From Acidimicrobiia bacterium (lineage in GTDB: Bacteria > Actinomycetota > Acidimicrobiia > IMCC26256 > JAGNEX01), in NCBI GenBank assembly GCA_020637365.1, contig JACJWE010000002.1, positions 592,776 through 656,775 on the forward strand: DNA of 64,000 nt, read 5' to 3'. The notes beneath the pieces were generated by a model. The model made no database searches. It saw only the letters and a list, made by a program, of their open reading frames with translations, and was not told where the DNA came from. How positions within the stretch are numbered: the first letter of the stretch is position 1; the number at the start of each line of letters is the position of its first letter. Below, one piece after another: positions 18,257-27,063 of the stretch. The translations under genes were made by a program, and so were the position numbers.

Positions 18257-19422
18257 CCACGAAGCGGCCCGATGGGCCCCAGCCATCCAACGAAGGAATC
18301 GGCGGGGCCACCAACCCTGACGAATCCGGGTCCGGCGCGTCTCGAAGCGGCCCGGCCAGCGTTGGCCCGGCCAGCGTTGGCCCGGAGAGCGCTGATCCCC
18401 GTCGGTCACCTCTCAGCGACCCGCAGAGGACCGGCGCGCCACCGCGCGACCGTGGGTTCGATGCGCCGGTGTCGTTAACCGCTACTGCCGAGCTGGGAGA
18501 TGTCCTGCGTGCCGACCACGCCACGTTGAGTAGGGCGCGGCGCCGCGAGCTCGTGAGCTCAGCTCTCGACGCGGCTTGGCCCGATGGTATCGATGCATCT
18601 GACACCGATACTTCACCATCGAACATGGCCAGTTCTAGGCGTTCCGCGAACGCTCAACGCTGGCTCCCCCTCATGGCCGCCGCCTGTTTTGTACTCATAG
18701 TCGCGGCTGGTATCTGGGCGATTTCTCACCGGATGGGCACGGGTACCGACGACGCTTGGGTCGCCTCCAGCGACGCGGCCGATATTGCCGATTCAAGCAC
18801 CCAGACCGTCACTGCATCATTGGACGGCACTGACGAGTCGGCCGGTGACGCATTCAGCGCCGCGAATAGCGACCCACTCCTCGAATCGGGGTCTGCTCAA
18901 TACAATCGAGCTGAAGCATCGGCCGCGTCCGACGACGAGGCGGTCGCCGCCGAGGACGCGGACCGCGACTCGTTCGGTACATCGGGAGCTGCGGCGACAA
19001 CGGGGCCGCCCCCGGTCGTAGTAGCTGAACTCAGCCTCCAGGATTTTGATGAGGTAATGAACGGAGCTCGCCCGAGCGACCTTGCGAGCGCGGTTACCCC
19101 GCCAGCGCCACAGGCTGCGGACGCCCCAGCGACCGTCCCCCCCGTCGGAGGGGAGCAGGGCAGCGAAGTTGAGGATGATGCAACGATGCCCGAGGTGCCT
19201 CGGGCAGATGCTCCGGCCAGCCTGATGATCTTGCCAGCCGCGTCGCCGTCCCTGATCGCCGCCGCAACCGCCTACGCACAGGACGGCGATGTCTGCGGTC
19301 AGACCGGCGTGGTACGCCTATCGGGTGTCTATGAAGTGGCTGGCGCGATCGTCAGGGTGTACGAAAACGTGGATTCGGGTACCCTCGCGGTCTTCGACGA
19401 AGACTGCCGCCCGGTCGAGTAG
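18253..19422 (+). CDS. Single-pass membrane protein, putative anti-sigma factor
   Basis: An ATGA overlap joins it to the sigma gene. The central TM is WLPLMAAACFVLIVAAGIWAI. There is no ZAS motif, and the flanks are low-complexity. Confidence 0.55.
   Translation: MTTKRPDGPQPSNEGIGGATNPDESGSGASRSGPASVGPASVGPESADPRRSPLSDPQRTGAPPRDRGFDAPVSLTATAELGDVLRADHATLSRARRRELVSSALDAAWPDGIDASDTDTSPSNMASSRRSANAQRWLPLMAAACFVLIVAAGIWAISHRMGTGTDDAWVASSDAADIADSSTQTVTASLDGTDESAGDAFSAANSDPLLESGSAQYNRAEASAASDDEAVAAEDADRDSFGTSGAAATTGPPPVVVAELSLQDFDEVMNGARPSDLASAVTPPAPQAADAPATVPPVGGEQGSEVEDDATMPEVPRADAPASLMILPAASPSLIAAATAYAQDGDVCGQTGVVRLSGVYEVAGAIVRVYENVDSGTLAVFDEDCRPVE
18349..18393 (+). repeat. 15-nt in-frame tandem repeat (2 full copies and 1 degenerate copy)
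   Basis: GGCCCGGCCAGCGTT occurs twice, followed by GGCCCGGAGAGCGCT. It encodes GPASVGPASVGPESA. Confidence 0.8.
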
Positions 19423-19466
19423 GCGCCTACGTAGTGCTGGGTGGTTTGCCGAACAAAGGGACAGCC

Positions 19467-19742
19467 ATGGGTGACTGGGCCAGCCAGGCGGTAGATGCGA
19501 TCGACAAGACGGTTCAGACGGTTCGATCAAAGACCGTCGAACCTGCCGAGAACGTTTCAACGTCGGTGGTCCATGGCCTGATCGCGTCGAGCTTCGTCGT
19601 CTTTGCCCTCATCTTGACCGTCATTTTGGTGTTTCGGCTGCTGCAGGCTTATGTACCCGGCGACATCTGGATCGTCTACCTGATCATGGCGGGAATCTTC
19701 ACAGCAGCGGGCATGTTCGTCTGGTCAAAACGGCGCGCTTAG
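19467..19742 (+). CDS. Small two-TM membrane protein
   Basis: ATG 19467 has an AAGGGA RBS. Two hydrophobic helices follow an amphipathic N-terminus. Confidence 0.55.
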   Translation: MGDWASQAVDAIDKTVQTVRSKTVEPAENVSTSVVHGLIASSFVVFALILTVILVFRLLQAYVPGDIWIVYLIMAGIFTAAGMFVWSKRRA

Positions 19743-19876
19743 TTAACCGCTGTGCTCGGCGACATCATCGCCACGCTGCACCCGGTCCGTCGAGCGTTGT
19801 CACCCGTTTGTCATCCCGCTGCCGCCGATCCCGGTGCTGTCGGTCCGACCTATCATGAGATTTCTGTACCCGGAGG

Positions 19877-20812
19877 TTGTCTGTGTCTAGTCGCGAAGTG
19901 ATCATCGTGGGTTCGGGTCCTGCAGGGCTCACCGCGGCCATCTATGCAGCCCGAGCCAACCTCAAACCGCTGGTAATCGAAGGCATCGCCGCTGGTGGAC
20001 AGCTCATGTTGACCACCGAGGTCGAGAACTTCCCCGGCTTTCAGCAAGGCATCATGGGGCCTGAACTGATGGGAGAACTCCGAGCCCAAGCCGCTCGGTT
20101 TGGCGCCGAGTTTCTAACCGATAACGTCAGTCGCGTCGACTTCTCCGAACGACCATTTCGCGTCTGGGTCGGCGACCAAGAGTTCTCGGCGGACAGCATC
20201 ATCGTCTCGACCGGCGCCCACGCACGGATGCTCGACGTTCCCGGCGAATCACGGCTGCTCGGTCACGGGGTTTCGACGTGCGCAACGTGTGACGGGTTCT
20301 TCTTTCGCAACCAGGAGATCGCGGTGATCGGCGGCGGTGATTCTGCGATCGAAGAGGCGAACTTTTTAAGCAAGTTCGCGTCGAAGGTCTACCTGATCCA
20401 TCGCCGCGACACGCTGCGCGCATCCCAGATCATGCAGGAACGCGCGCTCGCCAACCCAAAGATCGAGTTCATCTGGAACACCGTTGTTTCCGGCGTCGAA
20501 GGAGACGCGACGGTCACAGGTCTCGAATTGACCGACGTGGCGACCGGAGCAACACGGACACTCGCCGTCACCGGTATGTTCGTTGCTATCGGTCACGTGC
20601 CCAACAGTGAACTGTTCGACGGCATCCTCGACCTTGACGATCAGGGCTACATCAAGGTGCTACCTGGCCGTAGCCTCACCAACATCGAAGGCGTCTTTGC
20701 CTGCGGCGACGTCGTGGACCACACCTACCGGCAAGCGATTACCGCAGCAGGTATGGGGTGTATGGCGGCGATCGATACCGAGCGATACCTCCAGTCCGTG
20801 CAGAGCCCTTGA
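19877..20812 (+). CDS. trxB: Thioredoxin-disulfide reductase
   Basis: FAD motif IVGSGPAG, redox-active CATCDG, NADPH motif VIGGGDSA. A GGAGG RBS precedes the GTG start. Confidence 0.95.
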   Translation: MSVSSREVIIVGSGPAGLTAAIYAARANLKPLVIEGIAAGGQLMLTTEVENFPGFQQGIMGPELMGELRAQAARFGAEFLTDNVSRVDFSERPFRVWVGDQEFSADSIIVSTGAHARMLDVPGESRLLGHGVSTCATCDGFFFRNQEIAVIGGGDSAIEEANFLSKFASKVYLIHRRDTLRASQIMQERALANPKIEFIWNTVVSGVEGDATVTGLELTDVATGATRTLAVTGMFVAIGHVPNSELFDGILDLDDQGYIKVLPGRSLTNIEGVFACGDVVDHTYRQAITAAGMGCMAAIDTERYLQSVQSP

Positions 20813-20916
20813 TCTCAAGCGGCACGCGTGTGCTTGCGAACATCTTCGTTTGACGCCGGGCGCGAGTACCACATTCAGCGCCTTCAAAGATCGGCCTCGA
20901 TCGGCTGGTTGCCTCA

Positions 20917-20942
20917 GGAATAACGTTCCAGCAGGATGCGTT
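20917..20942 (+). promoter_or_regulatory. SigH/SigR-type ECF promoter candidate upstream of trxA
   Basis: GGAAT (20917-20921), 18 nt of spacer, then GTT (20940-20942). This matches the thiol-stress consensus GGAAT-N18-GTT and lies 56 nt upstream of the trxA ATG. Confidence 0.5.
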
Positions 20943-20997
20943 CTTCTGGGACATTCTCCGAACTACCTTCGACGCATTCTTGAAAGGACAAGACGTC

Positions 20998-21327
20998 ATG
21001 GCAAATGGTGTACAGGTTCTCGATACGGCGACCTTCGACGAGGTCGTCGGCGCGTCTGACAAGCCAGTCCTGGTGGACTTCTGGGCCGAATGGTGCGGTC
21101 CATGCCGGATGATTGCGCCCGTGCTCGAAAATGTGGCTGCTCACCACGGCGACAAGATCACTATTTCCAAACTCAACGTGGATGAGAACCCCGATATCGC
21201 GCAGCGGTTTAGCGTGATGAGTATCCCCACGTTGATCGTTTTCAAAGACGGCAAAGAGGACAAGCGCCTCATCGGCAGCAAGCCGGAGTCAGCGTTGTTG
21301 GCCGACCTGTCGGAGTACATCGGTTGA
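20998..21327 (+). CDS. trxA: Thioredoxin
   Basis: WAEWCGPCRM active site and about 110 aa in length. ATG 20998 follows an AAAGGA RBS. Confidence 0.95.
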   Translation: MANGVQVLDTATFDEVVGASDKPVLVDFWAEWCGPCRMIAPVLENVAAHHGDKITISKLNVDENPDIAQRFSVMSIPTLIVFKDGKEDKRLIGSKPESALLADLSEYIG

Positions 21328-22301
21328 TCTTTCCTGGGGCCCAGGGCAACGAGGTTCTGGACCTGCAACAGCGCCTTCTCAAGTTGGGATACGCAATCAG
21401 CAGCGCGGAGCGCGATGGCTGGTTCGGACCCTCAACCGAGGAGGCGCTGATTGCGTTTCAGCGGGAACGCCGTCTGCGGCCAGACGGGATTTGCGGTACG
21501 CAGACCTGGTCAGAACTTCTCGAAGCAAACCATCGGCTCGGTGATCGCCTGCTCTATCAAAAGACCCCCATGCTCAAGGGCGATGACGTCGCCGCGCTCC
21601 AGCATCGCCTGAACTCGCTCGGTTTCCATTCCGGACGGGAAGATGGCATGTTCGGCCGGGCCACGGGTGACGCGGTACGCACCTTCCAACGCAACGTTGG
21701 TGTCGTCGTCGACGGCATCTTTGGACCTGACACACACGCCGCGTTGGAGCGCCTCGGTTTTCACGGCGGTCTGTCGGTTGCGACCATCCGGGAAATCGAA
21801 GATCTTCGCACCGGACGGCCCGATGGGTCCCAACTCACCATTCACTTGAGTGTTGAGCCCGAACTCGATGTGTTGGGACTCGCCGTGCAGCGGGCGCTCA
21901 GCGCCGACGGGCACGCCACGGTGGTCATGCCCTCCGATACGGACGAGATCGTCGCTGAACGGGCGAATCAAGCGCATCTCGATCTGCTGTTGAGCCTTCG
22001 CCAAGGGACTACGGGACATCCGTCGATCCTGTACTTCATGGGTCGCCATACACGCTCTGAACAGGGATTTCACTTGGCTCGCCACGTCGCACATGCTTGC
22101 GCCCGCCATTCTGGCCTGCGCGATATTGAACTATCTGGGCGACCACACCCCCTGTTGCGCCAGACGTCTATGCCTGCATTGATTTTCGAGCTCGGACTCT
22201 CAAGCGAAGATATGGGGCGCGCGCTGGTGCACCACAGTTCGGAGTTTGGTCGACTGATCGCCAGCGGCATTTACACAGCGTTCCGTACCGCCGCCGAATA
22301 G
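21324..22301 (+). CDS. cwlM: CwlM-like protein with two PG_binding_1 repeats and a degenerate amidase_3 domain
   Basis: Two repeats of LQQRL..LGY...DG.FGP.T..A...FQ are followed by an amidase_3-like fold. Its position after trxB-trxA matches mycobacteria. Confidence 0.75.
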   Translation: MIFPGAQGNEVLDLQQRLLKLGYAISSAERDGWFGPSTEEALIAFQRERRLRPDGICGTQTWSELLEANHRLGDRLLYQKTPMLKGDDVAALQHRLNSLGFHSGREDGMFGRATGDAVRTFQRNVGVVVDGIFGPDTHAALERLGFHGGLSVATIREIEDLRTGRPDGSQLTIHLSVEPELDVLGLAVQRALSADGHATVVMPSDTDEIVAERANQAHLDLLLSLRQGTTGHPSILYFMGRHTRSEQGFHLARHVAHACARHSGLRDIELSGRPHPLLRQTSMPALIFELGLSSEDMGRALVHHSSEFGRLIASGIYTAFRTAAE

Positions 22302-22521
22302 ACCTGCAGGTCAAACGGGCTAGCAGGGGAAAAGTGTGCGACCGGTCGGCCACGCTGCCGGTCGTTCGCCGCGAACAATGTCACCTCTCGCGCCGAGGGC
22401 ACATCGGCAGACGTACAGGCTCATCCGCCCAACTCTCAACCTCGACCTATGCTCGAGCTTCAATTTGGTCGAGCTGTCAGCCCCCGTCTACGAGGGTGCG
22501 TCTCGCAATATTTGTCAACGA

Positions 22522-23400
22522 CTACTGTGCCTGTTTGAGGTTGCCTGACAGCATGCGATAGATCCGTTCGAGATCGTCAACATCAGAGAACTCAATCATG
22601 ATCCGGCCTCGTTTGGGACCCAGATCGACCTTCACCCCCGTCGCGAGTTGATCAGCCAAGAGGTTCTCAAGCTCAATGAGACCCGCCGGCTTTACGGCAC
22701 CCACTTCGGTTGGCGTCCGCGGCGGTGCGGGCGGGTCGGGCGAAATTGTGGCTCTTACCAGCTCTTCCGCGGCGCGGACGCTCAGGCCATCCGCGAGTAC
22801 GCGACGAGCTAGGTGCTCCTGCAAGCTCGGATCAGACACACCCAGCAGTGCACGCGCGTGTCCGTTCGAAAGTTGATCCTCACGGACCATACGCTGCACC
22901 GAAGCGGGCAGCTGCAGAAGTCTCAATGAGTTTGTGATGGTCGCCCGACTTTTTCCCACGCGCTGCGCAACGGAGTGGTGAGTCAAGCCGAAATCGTCGA
23001 TTAGCTGTTGGTAGGCGGCCGCTTCTTCGAGTGGATTCAGTTGCTCACGATGAATGTTCTCGACAATGGCCTGCTCAAGAGACGTGTTGTCGTCAACTTC
23101 CCGAACGAGCGCCGGAATGTGTGTGAGCCCCGCGAGTTGCGAGGCACGCCATCGGCGTTCGCCAGCAATGAGCTCATAGCCGGTCTCTGACGGACGGACC
23201 AGAACTGGTTGAAGCAACCCCAACTCTTTGATCGAAGCGGCGAGCTGCGCTATCGCATCGTCGTCGAAGAACTGTCTTGGTTGATAGTGATTCGGACGAA
23301 TCTCACCGATTGGCAGCTCTCGCAATGCGCCCTCAGGCTGCTCGGGCACGTTTGGGATGAGAGCTCCAAGCCCCTTCCCCAGACCGCTTCTTCTGGTCAC
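22522..23400 (-). CDS. parB: Chromosome partitioning protein ParB
   Basis: ParB box LLQPVLVR, GERRWRAS, and an HTH region. It overlaps parA by 4 nt. Confidence 0.95.
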   Translation of the reverse strand: MTRRSGLGKGLGALIPNVPEQPEGALRELPIGEIRPNHYQPRQFFDDDAIAQLAASIKELGLLQPVLVRPSETGYELIAGERRWRASQLAGLTHIPALVREVDDNTSLEQAIVENIHREQLNPLEEAAAYQQLIDDFGLTHHSVAQRVGKSRATITNSLRLLQLPASVQRMVREDQLSNGHARALLGVSDPSLQEHLARRVLADGLSVRAAEELVRATISPDPPAPPRTPTEVGAVKPAGLIELENLLADQLATGVKVDLGPKRGRIMIEFSDVDDLERIYRMLSGNLKQAQ

Positions 23401-24215
23401 GAATCCAGCTCCTTTGCCAGTTCGCGGTACGCGATCGCCCCACGAGAGACGGGATCAAACACGATGATCGGCTGGCCAAACGATGGGGCCTCTGAGATGC
23501 GCACCGTTCTGGGGACCACCGTTCGAAATACTTGATCTCCAAAATGTTCGCGAACTTCATGTTCGACATTGCTCGACAACTTTGTCCTTGCGTCGAACAT
23601 GGTCAAGACAATTCCCTTGATTTCGAGATCCGGGTTCAAGTTGGTCCGCACCAGCTGTACATTTCGCAACAACTGACCCAGACCTTCCAGCGCGTAGTAC
23701 TCGCACTGAATCGGAACAAGTACACCTTTTGCTGCCGCGAATCCGTTGACTGTCACGAGACCCAGGGACGGGGGGCAGTCGAAGAGGATGTAGTCGTACT
23801 CCTCAACAACATCCGCTATCGCCCGCTTGAGCTTCATCTCTCTTGAGAAGGCGGATACGAGTTCGATCTCTGCGCCAGCGAGATCGATGGTCGCTGGAAC
23901 GATGAAGAGGTTCTTGACGCTGGTCGGCTCAACACAATCTTCGATCGGGACCGCATTCATGAGGGCGTCATAGGTCGAATGCCGAATCTGCGTATGTTCG
24001 ATCCCAATCCCGGTGCTCGCGTTCCCCTGAGGATCGAGATCGATAATCAGGACCCGTCGCCCGCGTTCTGCCAGGGCGGCACCAAGGTTGACCGTTGTCG
24101 TGGTCTTGCCCACTCCGCCCTTCTGATTGGCAACAGCAAGCACGTTGCCTAAGGGTCTTTCCTCTGCTGACACAGGTGCTCCTCGGCTTCTCCGGCGGCG
24201 GTGCGCCGGAGTCAC
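23397..24215 (-). CDS. parA: Chromosome partitioning ATPase ParA/Soj
   Basis: Deviant Walker A NQKGGVGKTTT followed by DLDPQGN. Confidence 0.95.
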   Translation of the reverse strand: MTPAHRRRRSRGAPVSAEERPLGNVLAVANQKGGVGKTTTTVNLGAALAERGRRVLIIDLDPQGNASTGIGIEHTQIRHSTYDALMNAVPIEDCVEPTSVKNLFIVPATIDLAGAEIELVSAFSREMKLKRAIADVVEEYDYILFDCPPSLGLVTVNGFAAAKGVLVPIQCEYYALEGLGQLLRNVQLVRTNLNPDLEIKGIVLTMFDARTKLSSNVEHEVREHFGDQVFRTVVPRTVRISEAPSFGQPIIVFDPVSRGAIAYRELAKELDS

Positions 24216-24292
24216 TACTTCAGTACTCGGTGGAGTGACGTTGATAGGTGGGTCATGCTAGCGGGGTTGGGGGGCTCTTTGGCGGATAGGGA

Positions 24293-24308
24293 TGTTCCAC
24301 GTGGAACG
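24293..24308. promoter_or_regulatory. parS-like site (variant)
   Basis: TGTTCCACGTGGAACG with the 14-bp perfect palindrome GTTCCACGTGGAAC, compared with the consensus TGTTNCACGTGAAACA. It lies 78 nt upstream of parA. Confidence 0.7.
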
Positions 24309-24533
24309 CTTGGCCCTGCCATTGTGTCGGCATTTCGCGTGCGCGGCCCCGGACTCCCTGCCCCGCTGATGTGCATCCGGGGCTCGCCGTGCACTGATCC
24401 GTAGCGTGACGTCACAATCGCCCCTCAACGCAGCTTGCGCTGACGTGCGGGCGTTCCGCCGATCACCGGAGTGATGCGTCTGCCCATTCTCCCCGGTCAA
24501 GGGCCTGTCAGTGATCTCGTAAGCGGGTGTCGG

Positions 24534-24549
24534 TGTTTCACGTGAAACA
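24534..24549. promoter_or_regulatory. parS site (perfect consensus)
   Basis: TGTTTCACGTGAAACA is an exact 16-bp palindromic parS. Confidence 0.9.
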
Positions 24550-25371
24550 CGACGATTCCACCCATTCTGTTTGCCGCCACCGGACTGCCTCGTCGTACCA
24601 GCGCCGGGCTACCGTGACGAGAGTTGCCGATTCACTACCCCCGCCCGACTCCTCTGGGGCTACCAGGAACAGGGTGCTCGCCGCGCCAACCTTGTCGCGT
24701 CCCGCATTCCCGAGCGGTCCCAACCCACCAAGCTCCGGACATCCAAGTCCTGGCAGGTTGGATCGCTAATAGAATGAGCGGGCACTTTCCGTCACGAACA
24801 AGGATCCTAGGTGGGCCACGCGTGGGCTTACCTTTCAATGAGGACGATTCAACACGTGACGGACGCTGCCGTGCGCTTGCCCCAGAGCGACCGTCCAGAG
24901 CAACGAAATTGCTGCTAGCTAGACGCTCGCTTATCGAGCGGGGCGGAGATCGGCGGTCTGGCGCCGCCACTCGCAAGGAGGAGATCTACCCACCACCGGG
25001 CGAGAATCGCGGAATCGATCACGTCACAAGTGGTGACCCGACCGCCCCGTACGTCTACAAGACGCTAGAGACCGACATCCATGCGTCGCGTGTCTGCGGG
25101 CACGGCCACACACCACCGTCACACATTCCGCGATCCGTCGGTGGAGGATTCGGGGAGGTTCGACGCGACGTGTGCGTGCCGTTCACCGGGGAGGTACTGA
25201 GGACCACATTCCACAATTCACCTGTTGACGCTGAGTCGATGCCGCGATGCGCCCCGGCCAACCCGCGGGTCTGAGCCATTGTGCTCTCAAGGCCGGTCAT
25301 CCCTACCGCGTTCGTCATAGGCGGTCACGAAGAATCAGGTATCAACCAGCGTGGCGACCTGAATAGTGTCC

Positions 25372-26025
25372 TCAGCCATCGAGCTTCTCAACGGGCCCCG
25401 TACGTACCCAAGCGTCGATTCCGGGAGCAATGTGGGTAGGTACTAGACCTTTGACCTCAGAGAAGCCGGTCTGGGTGTCGGACCGCGTTGACCCCACAAC
25501 ACTGCGGGCCGACAGAGCGACGATACCGCCGACACACACGAGATCACGCGCAAGCGGAAGAATGGTGGACCGATCACCCACGCTTCGCCCGACCGCTATA
25601 TCCATGAGAGGGAGCGACGAACCCGTCGACCGCGGTTTGAGGTCCCGAAGCACCACACGTTGCGCATCGACTTCTGGAAAGAATCCTGCGGCCCACTTGA
25701 CCGCACGAACACTCTTGGCCCGCCGATCGAGCCACCAAACCTCGGCATCTACCCACATCATCTGCAGGGCAAGACCAATCAGACCTGCCCCTGCACCAAA
25801 ATCAAGTGCCCTACCAGCAAAATCTGGTAGGGCACTTGTAAGTTCTTCCGCGAAAGCGAGGTGCTTTGCGAGGGACTCATCACCGATGAGGCCAATGGAC
25901 CGGCCGTAGCGATGGATGGTCTGCACGCGGTCATCGCAGAGGACCGCATTCCATCGATCGCTCAACGACTTACTCTTCTTCGTCGTTGCTGTCCCCGTCA
26001 TCGTCTGCCGACGCATCAGGCCCAT
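25372..26025 (-). CDS. rsmG: 16S rRNA (guanine527-N7)-methyltransferase RsmG (GidB), divergent
   Basis: SAM motif LDFGAGAGLIGLAL and MDIAVGRSVG...GGIVALSA. It sits after jag. The start is uncertain because the ORF overlaps the jag 3' end by 56 nt. Confidence 0.7.
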   Translation of the reverse strand: MGLMRRQTMTGTATTKKSKSLSDRWNAVLCDDRVQTIHRYGRSIGLIGDESLAKHLAFAEELTSALPDFAGRALDFGAGAGLIGLALQMMWVDAEVWWLDRRAKSVRAVKWAAGFFPEVDAQRVVLRDLKPRSTGSSLPLMDIAVGRSVGDRSTILPLARDLVCVGGIVALSARSVVGSTRSDTQTGFSEVKGLVPTHIAPGIDAWVRTGPVEKLDG

Positions 26026-27013
26026 CGGCTACGAGAACAACGTTTCGGCGAGGTTCTTGGCCTTCAGAGATCGTCGCAACACCGTCGATATCGTTCACCA
26101 CATCGTGAACGACCTTGCGGTCGCTGGAGTTCATCCAGTCCATCCGGTGGGGGAGACCGGTCTCGCGCACGGCCGCAGCTGTGCGCTCAGTGAACGCTAT
26201 CAACGCTGTGCGGCGTGCGTCACGGTAGCCAGCCACGTCAACGTTCACCCGCAAAGGATCCGAACCACCTTTACGGTGCAGGATGGTGCGGCAGATCTCT
26301 TGGATCGCTCGATTGGTGACGGCATCAGGCCCGATCAACAGGCCAAGGTCGTCGCCCGACAGGGTGACGCTCAGCACATCATCGTCGACTACCGAACTGA
26401 CGTTCGCTTCCATATCAAATGCGTCGAGTAAGTCGTCGAGGAAATCCTCGATCATCGTGGCTTGTTCTGAGGTTTCCATCGGTGCCTTCTGAGCCTTTGC
26501 TTCGCTTCCGGACGAGCGACCTCGCCCTCGATTGCCGCCGTCACTCTGACGTGGCTTTGTGTCGATCGTTTGACCAGCATCATTAGCCGGTTCCGAGCTC
26601 TGTTGATGCGTCGATGGCGATTGTGAGTCGGTCCCCGTGCTCATGACCGGAGCGTCGTTCCCCGCACGTCGCCGTGAACGATCCTTGCCTTGGTCCGCTG
26701 ACTGCTGAGAGCTCGACTGTCGGCGGGGAGAACGCTCTGATCGAGAACCTTGACGGCCGGAACGACCCGACCGATCTCCACGAGACTCTTCGGAAGGGTT
26801 CGAACCACGTTGCCGCCGTCGGCGGGTTCGCTGCGGTTCATGGGTCACCGGACGAACTCGTGCTCGAATCCTCACCTCGGCTCGGCGGAGAAGACCACGC
26901 TTGCTTTCCTCGATGACTTCGTACTCGAGGTCACCCTCAGCAATACCTAGCCGGTCGAGTGCCAGACCCTTCGCCTCGGCCTCTGTGCGACCGACCGTTT
27001 CAATCCATTCCAT
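25970..27013 (-). CDS. jag: Jag/KhpB RNA-binding protein (Jag_N, KH and R3H domains) with a long basic low-complexity insert
   Basis: Jag_N is MEWIETVGRTEAEAKGLALDRLG. The C-terminal KH/R3H region contains LLIGPDAVTNRAIQ and MNSSDRKVVHDVV. About 190 aa of R/S/Q-rich insert separates them. Confidence 0.85.
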   Translation of the reverse strand: MEWIETVGRTEAEAKGLALDRLGIAEGDLEYEVIEESKRGLLRRAEVRIRARVRPVTHEPQRTRRRRQRGSNPSEESRGDRSGRSGRQGSRSERSPRRQSSSQQSADQGKDRSRRRAGNDAPVMSTGTDSQSPSTHQQSSEPANDAGQTIDTKPRQSDGGNRGRGRSSGSEAKAQKAPMETSEQATMIEDFLDDLLDAFDMEANVSSVVDDDVLSVTLSGDDLGLLIGPDAVTNRAIQEICRTILHRKGGSDPLRVNVDVAGYRDARRTALIAFTERTAAAVRETGLPHRMDWMNSSDRKVVHDVVNDIDGVATISEGQEPRRNVVLVADGPDASADDDGDSNDEEE

Positions 27014-27063
27014 TCTTTGTTCCCGTCAGAAAGTTGAACCCGAAAGAGGTGTTTACGCAGGTG

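Noticed and set aside
24624-25274. 216-aa plus-strand ORF, and several 60-113 aa ORFs on both strands, inside the parA-rsmG gap
   Set aside because: The translations are R/P/S/G-rich with no recognisable motif, no RBS and only average third-position GC. They look like chance ORFs in GC-rich non-coding DNA.
24550-25371. Possibility that the gap encodes RNase P RNA, tmRNA or SRP RNA
   Set aside because: I scanned both strands by eye for GAGGAAAGTCCGGGC, the ACAGAA-type P4 strings, a tmRNA GGGG...TCCACCA frame with an ...AA-stop tag, and the SRP GGAAGCAGCC motif. Only weak partial resemblances turned up, such as ACGGAAAGTGCCCGCTC on the minus strand near 24780-24800, and these are insufficient for a call.
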